The notes beneath the pieces are model-generated. The model was not told the DNA's origin. It saw nothing but the letters and a program-made list of their open reading frames with translations, and did no database searches. This document shows, piece after piece, positions 1-9,259 of a stretch of DNA of 62,614 nt. How positions within the stretch are numbered: position 1 is the stretch's first letter; the number at the start of each line of letters is the position of its first letter. The position numbers and the translations under genes are program-made. The DNA is from a virus (Duplodnaviria; Caudoviricetes). The stretch is from positions 1-62,614 of IMG/VR virus record IMGVR_UViG_3300009314_000010. One strand, 5' to 3'.

Positions 1-1346
1 CCGGCGCCGAGGTCGATTTCACGGTCGCCGGTCAACATCGACCCAAGCGGCTGTATTTTCAGACCGGCGCCTTCGGCATCTCCGTTGCCTCCCCCAAAAA
101 GCCCGAGCTGTTCGCCCTGGTAGGCGATAAAGGGGAGCTGTTCGCGTCGGATCGATTGAACGATCTCGCGCATCAAAACATCGTCAGGCGCGAAAATATA
201 CGCGGCCTGCGTCTCGTATGGGCCGGCCAGGCGGTCAACCCGCACCGCCCTTCCGACCATCTGTTCGATCCATGGCCGCGACCGGTAATTGGTCAAACAG
301 CAAATATGGGTTATTTCCGGAACATCAAGCCCCTCATAAGCCATTGCGATCGTCACCAGGATGTCGACGCGGCCCGCCTTAAAGGCCCTGATCGCCGTTT
401 CGGCCTGATCCGGGTCGTGGCTTGTGGCGATTTCAGCATTGTACCCGCGCTCTTCAAGCCACTGTATGACGTTCGAGGCCCCTCCTATGTCAGCGGTCAC
501 TACCAGCATTTTGGACCGAGGACGGGCCGATTTGAAGGTTTGCCAGTGTTTGAGGCTCTTTTTTAGCAGCTCGTCGGCGAATTCGGATGATACGACGGTG
601 TAAACGGCCTGGCCGGCGAGATCCCGGTCCGCGGTGGCGATACTCTCGACGCGCCGGTGTTTACCGTCTTTGTCGATCCATTCGGCCGAACCGTCTGAAA
701 GATAAAATTTGAGCGGTATGATGGCCTTTTCCGCCAGGGCGTCCGTGCGGCCGTATTGAACGATAGCCGTCTCCCGGTCTGATTTCAGGTAGGGCACCTG
801 GCCGCTGCCGGCATTTATATAAGGAAGGTAGGCGATCTGCTTTCCATCACCGCGCTCGACCGTACCGGTCATTAAGACGATGAAAGCAGCCCTCTCGACC
901 AGCGGTCTTAGCGCCCTGTGCCAGATCCCGTCTTCCTCGACATGATGGAATTCATCCAAAACCAAAATGAACCGGCGCCGGTGGAACTCGAAAAGGACGC
1001 TCCTGGAGGTATCGACTCCGATCGCCTGGTAGGTTGTGGCGAATCCGGAGAGGCCCCTGCAAGGGTCAGCATCGTTCGTGCTGCTCCGGATTCGCATTGA
1101 GTGTTGGAACATTTGCCCGAAGAAGGGATCGACAAAATTCCCCTCGCCCTGGTGCTGGAGGGTTTTGCGGGGCACGACCCAACAAAGCGCATCCGCAAAG
1201 CCGGCCTTGATCAGCTTGCCGGCGATGATCGGGAGGGCGGATTTGCCGCCACCGGTCGTTACATGCACGATTATCTTCCGGATCGGAGCGCCGGCGATGA
1301 TCGCGTCGATGATTATTTCAGTTTCTGTCTGGTGTTTGCGTTTCAT
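1..1346 (-). CDS. SF2 DEAD/DEAH-box helicase, runs off the left edge (not in the ORF track)
   Basis: Own translation from ATG 1346 (ATGA overlap with upstream gene): MKRKHQ...; Walker A HVTTGGGKS; motif II LDEFHH; motif III MTGT; motif V AYEGLDVP; motif VI EQMVGRAVR. No stop seen in the stretches translated. Confidence 0.92.
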   Translation of the reverse strand, partial: MKRKHQTETEIIIDAIIAGAPIRKIIVHVTTGGGKSALPIIAGKLIKAGFADALCWVVPRKTLQHQGEGNFVDPFFGQMFQHSMRIRSSTNDADPCRGLSGFATTYQAIGVDTSRSVLFEFHRRRFILVLDEFHHVEEDGIWHRALRPLVERAAFIVLMTGTVERGDGKQIAYLPYINAGSGQVPYLKSDRETAIVQYGRTDALAEKAIIPLKFYLSDGSAEWIDKDGKHRRVESIATADRDLAGQAVYTVVSSEFADELLKKSLKHWQTFKSARPRSKMLVVTADIGGASNVIQWLEERGYNAEIATSHDPDQAETAIRAFKAGRVDILVTIAMAYEGLDVPEITHICCLTNYRSRPWIEQMVGRAVRVDRLAGPYETQAAYIFAPDDVLMREIVQSIRREQLPFIAYQGEQLGLFGGGNGDAEGAGLKIQPLGSMLTGDREIDLGA

Positions 1347-1549
1347 AATACCCGATCAAGAAGATAGCAGCCCGATATACCCTCAACCCAAACAACCGCC
1401 GTATGTCCCGACAATATTTGAGCCGGATATTTTACTTTGGTTTCAAACTGTTCGCCCAAATCCTTCACAACGGTTACGGGCGTTCCAACCGGGTTTCTTT
1501 TGTTGAAGGCATCCACCTTGCTTTGCATAACTTCTTTTGATTCTTCCAT
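1343..1549 (-). CDS. Small hypothetical phage protein
   Basis: 68 aa ORF with AAGGA RBS, coupled to the helicase by an ATGA overlap. Confidence 0.7.
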   Translation of the reverse strand: MEESKEVMQSKVDAFNKRNPVGTPVTVVKDLGEQFETKVKYPAQILSGHTAVVWVEGISGCYLLDRVL

Positions 1550-1590
1550 GATTATCCTTCCTCAAATCTTCATTCTTGATGAATTGATTT

Positions 1591-2304
1591 TTACCCGGTC
1601 GCGTACTGCAATCCCGCGAGATAGACGTCTTCGATATTGTCAAACGCCTTACAATCCTCACACCCCTCGCGCTCGTCCGGTACCCCGCCATCGTAAATAT
1701 CCCGCGCCCTTTTTAACAAAGGATCAAGGACCTCCGGGTCATAAGCCACCGGCAAAACCTTCGGCTCAAAGGCCATGGAGAATTTGGTGTTTTTAACAGC
1801 CCCCCAGGCGGCATCGCCGGTTTCGGTTTGCGGCTCCATATAAATCAGAGGGAGGGCCACTACCGGAACGATCCCCGTCGCCTCCGCGATCCGCGCATAC
1901 CCGTTGAGCTGAATTCGATACATCGGAAGGAGCTTATCCTGGTTCGCGGTGAATTTGGCCGTCTTATAATCGGGAACGACAAAACTGCTGCTCTTGGTCG
2001 TCCAAATATCATCAGGAACACCGGTGAGGATTATTCCATGCTCGGTCTCAGTCCTGAATTTTGACCAGTGCGGGACCTTCTCATAGCCCACAACGGCATA
2101 TTCTTTCAGGAATGGAACGCCGGCATTCTGGTCAATCCAATGGTGAACGACTTTTTTTGTGTAAGCATCGATCGAACTGAATATCCCCGGGAATATCTGC
2201 CAGGGCAGTTTTTTGACGTGAAGTTTTATCCAAAAGCAGCGCGGGCAAAAATCCGCCAACGCCATCGATCCTAAAACCTTTGCTGATATTTGTATTTTTT
2301 CCAT
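1591..2304 (-). CDS. PD-(D/E)XK (Cas4/RecB-like) exonuclease with Cys ligands
   Basis: CPRCFW near the N-terminus, GVPDD...DYKT, QLNGY and C-terminal CEDC; strong AAGGAG RBS. Confidence 0.85.
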   Translation of the reverse strand: MEKIQISAKVLGSMALADFCPRCFWIKLHVKKLPWQIFPGIFSSIDAYTKKVVHHWIDQNAGVPFLKEYAVVGYEKVPHWSKFRTETEHGIILTGVPDDIWTTKSSSFVVPDYKTAKFTANQDKLLPMYRIQLNGYARIAEATGIVPVVALPLIYMEPQTETGDAAWGAVKNTKFSMAFEPKVLPVAYDPEVLDPLLKRARDIYDGGVPDEREGCEDCKAFDNIEDVYLAGLQYATG

Positions 2305-2406
2305 GGTTTCTCCTTTCTACGTGGGCAGAGGCGGCCAACTTTGACCGCCTCCCCACCATCACGGCGGGACCCGGCTTCTGCAGCAACCAGGCCCCTTCGG
2401 GTTTGT

Positions 2407-4722
2407 TTAATTAACCTCCACCCCTCCCCTCTTAAACGTCAACACGTGGTCGGCCATGGCCACACATGCCTCTTTGTGGCTGATATAATAGCAATCGTCG
2501 AAGGTCTTGATCCCTGATTCCGGGTGCGGCGTTATGATCGATCGGTAAAGAGAAACAAAGCGCAGCGCATTCTCCGTGCTTAGCGGCCCGTCCTCTTCAT
2601 CGGCCAAAAGCGTTCTAAAATTCCGGCCCGATCTCTCGTTGTTGATTCGCGCCATGGCAAGCCGTATCGTTTTCAGCGGCCAAACCTTTTCCCCGCCGCT
2701 CCGGTTTGAAAGCAGGGTTTCTTCGCCGTCCCGGTCAATGATCAACAGGTCGAGTATTTCCCTGCCATTCGGATCCTGGGTGATCAGCTTGACCATTTCA
2801 TTCCACTCCGCTTTGCGCAGGAGCTCGTTTGCATATTCGTTGATCGCCGGCGTGACAGCATCGATCTCCAGGGCACGGAGACCATCTTTTGAACAGGCGT
2901 CTTTGATGTAGGCAAACACGCCTCGCTCTTTTGAAAGTCGCTTTTGTTCTATTTCCAACTCTGCCAAAGCCTTTTCGGCCTCCTGCAATTCAAGCACGTC
3001 CCTTTCGAACGCAGAGATTACAGACTTCAACCGGCCGGCCTCGATTTCGGCGGTTGTTATTTGCTGCTTGAAGTCTCCGATCGTTTCTTTTGTCTCGGAG
3101 ACAGCAACCTCCGCAGCATGATCGATGGTCGATCGAATGTCGGCGATTTTGGCTTCAAGGTTTTTTACCCGGGTTGCGTTCATTTTTGCGGCTGCCGCCA
3201 TCGCCTCTTTTTTCGATATGCCTTTTTGCATCAGCTCGGCATGCTGTTTTTCGAGCTCTTCCTTTTTCGCCGCCGCAACCTCGACCCTGGGAAGTTCCGC
3301 GGCCAGGTCTTTTTGGGCCTTGTGGGCTTTTTGCAGCTCTCCCAATCTGGCTTTCAGGTCATCGTATTCCTTCTTTTTTGCGTCTGCAGCCGGCCTAAAC
3401 GACTTAATTTCGGCTTCAATCGATCGTAAGGTAGTTTCGCATTGCGATAGCACCTTTGCGGCAATCTCGTTTAATTCTGCCAGGTGGGTTTTAATTTCCG
3501 GGAGAGCTTTCTGTGCCAGAAGGGCGCCAACAATAAAAGAGCATGTTGTTGACGTGCAGGCCGGATCCTTTTTCTCAAGATCGGCCATTTTTTCCTCGGC
3601 GGTCTTGATCTGGTGTTGAAGCTCTTTTGCCTGAAGATCGTTCTTGACGGTTTTGGCTCGGGCTAAAACATCGTCCCGCTCTTTTTCCTTGGCCTGCAGG
3701 CGCTCTTTTGCCGCCGAATAGCCTTCCCAGGCTTTCAGCATGTCGGTGTTCGATGTTTCAACCTGGACGGCCAGCTCCTTCTCCTTTTCGGCCGCCTGTC
3801 TGATTTCAGGCTCATTTGTTAGCAAATCGTTATATTCTGTAATCGAATCCTTAATTTTTGTTACTTTTTGCCGTAAATCTGTAAGCTCCTGCTCCGCCGC
3901 TGTTTCCTGGGCCTCGATCTCCTTTTTAATCCGTGACAGGTCGCTCTCGACGTCCACGATCCGCTCACGCGCCACGGTGTTCTTGGCGACCTTTTCGCCC
4001 TCGGTCTCAAGTTTCAATTGTGCATCGGCGATGCTGGATCCCAATTTTTCGAGCTTTAGCTCGGCCGCCTGAAGGTATTGTTGCGACCGTAATAATTGCT
4101 CCGCAGCGTCCTTCCGGTCTGAAACCATTGCTCTTTTGGCCTCAATCTCCTGGAGAACCTTTTCAATCTGCCCGCCCCGGATATTGGCGCACTGCTTTGT
4201 TGTGTCTTCAAAACCAACCAGCCGGTGGAGGCGCAAAAACTCGCTGAACAGTTTTTTCAGATCCCCGGTCGTCATATCGCTGATCTTGTCCGACCCCTGG
4301 GGGCAAAAGACGCTGTTAAAGAAAAGGTTCGCCGATCCAAACAGCTCCGCCATATAGGCCTTGTATTCGCTGATTTTTCCTTTTACCAGGGATCCCGTAT
4401 CGTGATTTTTGTATATGAACCCCTCGACGCGCTCGGATTGGGAGTCGATCTTTAACAGCGTTCGGTAGTGGTCCCCGTTATACCGAAAGCAATATTCCTT
4501 CTCCGAATCCCGCAAAAACGTATGGTGTTGAATCGCGCCGTCCCGGCTGCCTAACATCGCGTATGGATGAAGATTGTCTAAGACGGTCGACTTTCCATGA
4601 CCGTTAGGCCCGGCGAACGCCACCAAGCCCCCGATACCCGAAAGGTCCAGGCTGATTTCATCCAGCCCGAGACCTTTTTTTATTCCAATGAACCCCTTGA
4701 GCCTTACCGATTCATTTTTCAT
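2407..4722 (-). CDS. sbcC: SbcC/Rad50-like SMC ATPase
   Basis: Walker A GPNGHGKST, long coiled coil with central Cys pair (CTSTTC), signature RSGGE, Walker B LLADEED, H-loop ISH; adjacent to an SbcD-like gene. Confidence 0.9.
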   Translation of the reverse strand: MKNESVRLKGFIGIKKGLGLDEISLDLSGIGGLVAFAGPNGHGKSTVLDNLHPYAMLGSRDGAIQHHTFLRDSEKEYCFRYNGDHYRTLLKIDSQSERVEGFIYKNHDTGSLVKGKISEYKAYMAELFGSANLFFNSVFCPQGSDKISDMTTGDLKKLFSEFLRLHRLVGFEDTTKQCANIRGGQIEKVLQEIEAKRAMVSDRKDAAEQLLRSQQYLQAAELKLEKLGSSIADAQLKLETEGEKVAKNTVARERIVDVESDLSRIKKEIEAQETAAEQELTDLRQKVTKIKDSITEYNDLLTNEPEIRQAAEKEKELAVQVETSNTDMLKAWEGYSAAKERLQAKEKERDDVLARAKTVKNDLQAKELQHQIKTAEEKMADLEKKDPACTSTTCSFIVGALLAQKALPEIKTHLAELNEIAAKVLSQCETTLRSIEAEIKSFRPAADAKKKEYDDLKARLGELQKAHKAQKDLAAELPRVEVAAAKKEELEKQHAELMQKGISKKEAMAAAAKMNATRVKNLEAKIADIRSTIDHAAEVAVSETKETIGDFKQQITTAEIEAGRLKSVISAFERDVLELQEAEKALAELEIEQKRLSKERGVFAYIKDACSKDGLRALEIDAVTPAINEYANELLRKAEWNEMVKLITQDPNGREILDLLIIDRDGEETLLSNRSGGEKVWPLKTIRLAMARINNERSGRNFRTLLADEEDGPLSTENALRFVSLYRSIITPHPESGIKTFDDCYYISHKEACVAMADHVLTFKRGGVEVN

Positions 4723-4914
4723 GGTCTTCCTCCTTTTCTATTTTGTGTCCCGGTTACCCTCGTCCGGGGCCACGCTCTCCGTGGTGGCGGGTTAGGCCGC
4801 TATTTTTCCGGCTGTCAGCCTTTTTCCGTGCAGGCAACGCTTGGCAATATCCCGGGAGCATCCTTCATGTGCCAAGTCAGTCCAGGCTCCCCGCCATTAA
4901 AGGCGCTCGGGTTC

Positions 4915-6126
4915 TTAGCCTGCCGCAACCGCCTTGATGATATCTTCGGGGCTCTCGCTTTCCAGGCGATCGCACATCGTCAAAATATCTTCTGATACCT
5001 CTTCCCGGTTTAAAAGAGCCCGCTCCCGGACCTTATCCCTCAGACTTTGCAGCTCCATGATCTTTTGGGATCGGACGTTTTCACGCGGTTTCCGGACCAG
5101 GTTGACCGTGACCGATTCGGCACCCTCGGCCAAATAGTGTTGCTTGACGTCTTCCAGGTCGACCGAATCGGCCTCGTCCTGCCAGACCTCCACATCGATT
5201 TTGACCGAGGCGCCCTCGATTTCATCCAGCGGCACAGATTTCAGCGTGATCGAGTCGGTGCCATCAACCAGGCTGATCTTTTCGCTAAACAGCTTCTTTG
5301 CCGGCGTTTCGATAAAATCGGACATGACAGAATATCGACCCTCGTCTGCCCATCCCAGGTGGTGAACATAAAACCCCTTCGCCTCGGTCTCACCGTGGTT
5401 TTCGCGGTAAACAGACCCGCAAAAGAACCCGCCCGGCATGAATTCCTGGGCCATGTGAATATGTGCGAGGCAAATCAAATCGGCGTTCGCCAAGGAAAGG
5501 TGGTCCCTCGATATTTCGATATCGCGCCCGATCAGCGTTTGGCCGTTCGACACGCGGGCGCCCTTGGTCTGGAAATGTCCGATCAGGATATGCGGGCAAT
5601 CATAATCGGCTGCCGCGGCCCCGAAGCCGGCAAACATAGGCGCCATGGCACCGGCGATCCCCTGGTCTGAATGTTCGATGCTGCCGACGTTGAAGAATTG
5701 CTTTGTGGGGGTTGGCACAAAGGAAATGATGGCATCGTGAGCGTCCGCAATCCAATCATCCGGGTCTACGTTTGAAATAAAGTTGCCCTGGCGCAGAAAT
5801 ATCTGCTCCGGCCTCGTCGCCACATGGACCGGATACCGGGCCTTGACATGCTTTAGGACTTCCACCGCATGGCCGTCATGCAGGGGCGTACCCGTTACGA
5901 CCGCAACGGGCGCGATATCCGCCAATTGTGAAAACACTTCAAAAATCAGTTTGGCGGACGCCGAGTCGAGTTTGATATTCTGAGAGTCAACCGTATCGCC
6001 GGCATCGACGATAAGACCAGGTTCCTCTTTCCTTGCCGTCTCGACGATAAAAGCCAAACACTTTTTAACTTCATCGATATCCTTGTCCCTGGCGTGAATA
6101 TCGCCGGTGTGAAGTATTTTAAACAT
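4915..6126 (-). CDS. sbcD: SbcD/Mre11-like metallophosphoesterase nuclease
   Basis: Motifs HTGDIH, DAGD, GTPLHD, GH and AHIH; AAGGAGG RBS. Confidence 0.9.
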   Translation of the reverse strand: MFKILHTGDIHARDKDIDEVKKCLAFIVETARKEEPGLIVDAGDTVDSQNIKLDSASAKLIFEVFSQLADIAPVAVVTGTPLHDGHAVEVLKHVKARYPVHVATRPEQIFLRQGNFISNVDPDDWIADAHDAIISFVPTPTKQFFNVGSIEHSDQGIAGAMAPMFAGFGAAAADYDCPHILIGHFQTKGARVSNGQTLIGRDIEISRDHLSLANADLICLAHIHMAQEFMPGGFFCGSVYRENHGETEAKGFYVHHLGWADEGRYSVMSDFIETPAKKLFSEKISLVDGTDSITLKSVPLDEIEGASVKIDVEVWQDEADSVDLEDVKQHYLAEGAESVTVNLVRKPRENVRSQKIMELQSLRDKVRERALLNREEVSEDILTMCDRLESESPEDIIKAVAAG

Positions 6127-6209
6127 GGCTTCCTCCTTTATAAATGGCAGGCTACCGGGCGGCCCTGTGTCCGCCCTTCCTCCACCCTATATCCTCGCCT
6201 GCCAAGATG

Positions 6210-6443
6210 TTATTCTTCGCTTTCGCCGTTGTTGCCGGAAACGCGAGCACTACAAACCCATGTGAGGGCATCGATTTCACGACCTAACTTTTCACTTTCT
6301 TCCTGGCAGGCCGCCAGGATCTTGCCAGACCTCTCCGGCCCGAAAGAGCCCTCCACCTTTCCGACAATAGAGTTTAAAAGTCCTATTTGGTCGCGCTTAC
6401 GCTCAATTTCATCCAATACTGTTTTTTCTGATCTCATTTGCAT
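6210..6443 (-). CDS. Hypothetical coiled-coil protein
   Basis: Start moved to MQMRSEK, behind an AGGAG RBS. Confidence 0.6.
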   Translation of the reverse strand: MQMRSEKTVLDEIERKRDQIGLLNSIVGKVEGSFGPERSGKILAACQEESEKLGREIDALTWVCSARVSGNNGESEE

Positions 6444-6621
6444 TTCTCCTTTCTTTGCAAAGTTTATGTGATTCGGCGAACGCTTCGCCCTGCTTAATGA
6501 AGTCGTCAACCGCCGCAGGCAGAAATACAGGTCTTTTTTCTCCGCAGCGCTGGCACAAGTGCTGCGGCGGTTGAACGTCGTATTTCAAAACTATCCATTT
6601 TGGGATTTTTACTTTCCGCAT
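6409..6621 (-). CDS. Small Zn-finger-like protein
   Basis: CQRC...HKLC; co-oriented within the early operon. Confidence 0.6.
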   Translation of the reverse strand: MRKVKIPKWIVLKYDVQPPQHLCQRCGEKRPVFLPAAVDDFIKQGEAFAESHKLCKERRNANEIRKNSIG

Positions 6622-6632
6622 GGGCCTGTCTC

Positions 6633-7757
6633 TCAGAATGGGATATCATCGTCCTGGTAATTGTCGCTGAACGGATCGTCGCTTGAGCCCTCGGCATCCG
6701 GCATGGCATCCAGCTTGTCGTAAAACGCCAGTCGGTGAGGTTCTGAAAACTTATCGATCGCCTCGTCCGTTATGGCCGGGTTGTCGTAAGCCTTTTGCTT
6801 TTTCAGTGTTTTGAGCGTCTCGCGCTGGCCTTCGGTGTCCGACTCGATAAACTCCTGCCGCCTGATCCCCCGGATCTCTTCTTCCGTAGGGGCGTCGCCG
6901 TCAGGTTCCCGGTTAAGGTCGGGATCTTCTCCGCCCGCTCCGCTATCAGGTCCAACGGTACGAAATTCAGTCTCGATCGGAGCTTGCCCCTCGATCTGTC
7001 TCGCCGGTGGGGCTCCGAATACGCCCATAACGGACTGTATTGCCCCTGCCAGCATCAGTTTTTTGACCTCCGGGTCGGAATAGTCGGGACGCAGAATGAC
7101 CCTTGGCATAACAAAAGGCTTTTCGAGATCTTCTACGGTATAGGTGCTTTTTGTCCCGAGCAGATCCCGGAGAACCCTGGACCTTGCTTTGGTAGCGGCC
7201 AGAGATTGTTTATGGGTGTCCTTAAAATTCACCTGTTCGGCTATCTTGTGGCGGACATAGCCGTCCTGACTCGCCTTGGACATCTGCCTGAACCACTTTC
7301 CCTTGTCATTATCGGGATCCAGCCACGTTTCAACCTTGAGGCTCATCGCATCTTCGATCTTGTTCCTCTCGACCTTCATATCGATGTCGCCCTCTGCAAA
7401 CCTGCCAACGCGCGTTCCATCGGCCTTGTTCACGTATCCTACGGCGCTGTACGCCACATAGTTTTCATCCCGGTAGGTTATCCGCGTGTCTTTTGGGTCC
7501 CATTCGACACTCGCGCATATTCCGAGCCTGGCAAGGGCCTTTGCGGTAAGTGCCAGCTTTGCGGGCTTATTCTTATAGGCCTTTTCCTGAACGTACACGT
7601 CGTCCCCCTTTGGATCCGGATCCAACAGGAGCACGTCCAGCACAAGTTCGTGAAACTCGCTCAACCCGGACATTTTGATAAACGGGACCAAAATGTGAGC
7701 CCCTTCATCAACGTACTTTTGTAATTGCTTCATTGTTTGTGACTCTTTTTTTGTCAT
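6633..7757 (-). CDS. Putative ssDNA-annealing/recombination protein with SSB-like acidic tail
   Basis: Upstream of sbcDC; ends in DDDIPF; AAGGAG RBS. Function is inferred from context. Confidence 0.55.
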   Translation of the reverse strand: MTKKESQTMKQLQKYVDEGAHILVPFIKMSGLSEFHELVLDVLLLDPDPKGDDVYVQEKAYKNKPAKLALTAKALARLGICASVEWDPKDTRITYRDENYVAYSAVGYVNKADGTRVGRFAEGDIDMKVERNKIEDAMSLKVETWLDPDNDKGKWFRQMSKASQDGYVRHKIAEQVNFKDTHKQSLAATKARSRVLRDLLGTKSTYTVEDLEKPFVMPRVILRPDYSDPEVKKLMLAGAIQSVMGVFGAPPARQIEGQAPIETEFRTVGPDSGAGGEDPDLNREPDGDAPTEEEIRGIRRQEFIESDTEGQRETLKTLKKQKAYDNPAITDEAIDKFSEPHRLAFYDKLDAMPDAEGSSDDPFSDNYQDDDIPF

Positions 7758-7813
7758 GATAGGTCTCCTTTCTTTTGGATTTGCCCTCCCCGCCTCCCAA
7801 AGCGGGAAGGGCT

Positions 7814-8341
7814 TTAGGGTGTGGCCCCCTTTTCTGCTACATACTGTTTAATGGCCCAAAGCGCCTGGTCCGGTACCGTGCGCAGCTCTTCAATGGCCTG
7901 CGCCGCCAGGAGCTTGAACACTTCCTTGTGATCCACAAAATCGATCTTCATAATAAAGTCGTCGCTTCGGTCCGCCGGCGCCGCCTCGGCCTTCTCGGTC
8001 GTCTCCGGCTTGCGGTTGCGGTCCTTCCGGTTTCTTGACGCCCAACTCAGTTTTTCAGACATGCAAGCGTTACAGGTCTTGACATGAGCGTTGCCCCGGA
8101 CCTTTCGGAAATTTTTTTCAAGGTCTTTCTCTATCTCGCATTTTGCGCAAACCCTGGTTTGTAGTGATGCTATCTTCTCGTTCACGGCCCCTCCTAAGTT
8201 GGTTTGCTCGATCGGAAGTGTGATGTTCGGATTGTCCAGCTCCATGTTATTGGCAAACGCGATTCGCTTGACACAATCGGTACAACCCGGTTCATTTTTA
8301 TCCCGGTAAAAGTGTTCGCACTCTGCGCATGGGCTTCTCAT
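7814..8341 (-). CDS. Cys-rich hypothetical protein
   Basis: Start at MRSPCAEC (ATGA overlap with the methylase stop); CAEC, CTDC, CAKC and CNAC pairs. Confidence 0.7.
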   Translation of the reverse strand: MRSPCAECEHFYRDKNEPGCTDCVKRIAFANNMELDNPNITLPIEQTNLGGAVNEKIASLQTRVCAKCEIEKDLEKNFRKVRGNAHVKTCNACMSEKLSWASRNRKDRNRKPETTEKAEAAPADRSDDFIMKIDFVDHKEVFKLLAAQAIEELRTVPDQALWAIKQYVAEKGATP

Positions 8342-9099
8342 TTGTTGCAGGCCTCCATCGCCGAAAACAGCGCGGCCCTCTCGAGTTGTGGCAACCTGGC
8401 CAACCTGGCTACCCATCGCTTGATCTTCCGCTTTATCCGCTCGCGCTCTCTGAAATTGTCGCCCAGGTACCGGTAGTCGTGCAGTTCGGTCGGCCAGGGA
8501 TAATTAAACCAAACCCATTCGGTTGCCATGCCCCGCCTGGTTTGAGCTTCAAAAGAAAAGGAGTTCCACTCTGCCAACGTGTTGGCGTACAGTTCAGACC
8601 AATAACCGGAGATCATCACCATGCAGGGCAGGGACTTTAAGACATCCAACAGCTCAATGTGTTGCTCAGTCGTGTACTCGTAATCGTATATTTTTCCGGA
8701 TTTGCGGGTTTCCATCAGGTAGGGCGGGTCCGAATAAACAAAAGTCTTTTCATTAATGGATTTTCGCCCCGCTCGGGTTTTAAAAAATACAGAGGCATCG
8801 CCATTTATTGCGATAATTCCAGGAATGGTTAAGCCGCTGGCAGCCGGATCCGCGTCAATGCCAATGTTCATTTTGGCCCGCTTCTTGTGTCGCATGACCG
8901 CCCCGCCGCCAATGTGGGTCTCGATATAAACATCGTGCGGTGGCATGTTGTTTATCAGGGTTTGATAGACGCCGGCACCACCCTTGCCGCCCGGATAGCG
9001 AAAGCTACTCGCATCGCTGTTTATGGCGCGGAGGTCCTCATCGCTGTTTTCGGTGGTGGCCGCGGCCATCCCCGTTTCTGGCGATGTCAGCTCGAGCAT
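8338..9099 (-). CDS. DNA adenine methyltransferase (short Dam/D12-like), no cognate restriction gene seen
   Basis: YPGGK, SAM-binding ETHIGGGAV and catalytic DPPY; TAATG coupling to the upstream gene. Confidence 0.88.
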   Translation of the reverse strand: MLELTSPETGMAAATTENSDEDLRAINSDASSFRYPGGKGGAGVYQTLINNMPPHDVYIETHIGGGAVMRHKKRAKMNIGIDADPAASGLTIPGIIAINGDASVFFKTRAGRKSINEKTFVYSDPPYLMETRKSGKIYDYEYTTEQHIELLDVLKSLPCMVMISGYWSELYANTLAEWNSFSFEAQTRRGMATEWVWFNYPWPTELHDYRYLGDNFRERERIKRKIKRWVARLARLPQLERAALFSAMEACNK

Positions 9100-9227
9100 T
9101 AAGAATTCCCGATCGCTACTATAAAAAGGATAAAAACGCCCAGAACCAGAATGAGCCCCAAAACTTCAAGTGCCCCTCTCGCCAACCAGGGCAACCACTG
9201 TAAAAATTCTTTGTGTAGTTTGTTCAT
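9099..9227 (-). CDS. 42-aa single-TM peptide (below ORF-track cutoff)
   Basis: MNKLHKEFLQWLPWLARGALEVLGLILVLGVFILFIVAIGNS; stop overlaps the methylase ATG. Confidence 0.6.
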   Translation of the reverse strand: MNKLHKEFLQWLPWLARGALEVLGLILVLGVFILFIVAIGNS

Positions 9228-9259
9228 TTCGGACACCCTTCCCGCCGGTCGTTAAATGG

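Noticed and set aside
1310-1346. Possible frameshift at the helicase start
   Set aside because: Careful reading gives a continuous frame, MKRKHQTETEIIIDAIIAG.
8338-9099. Restriction-modification system
   Set aside because: No adjacent endonuclease; it looks like an orphan methylase.
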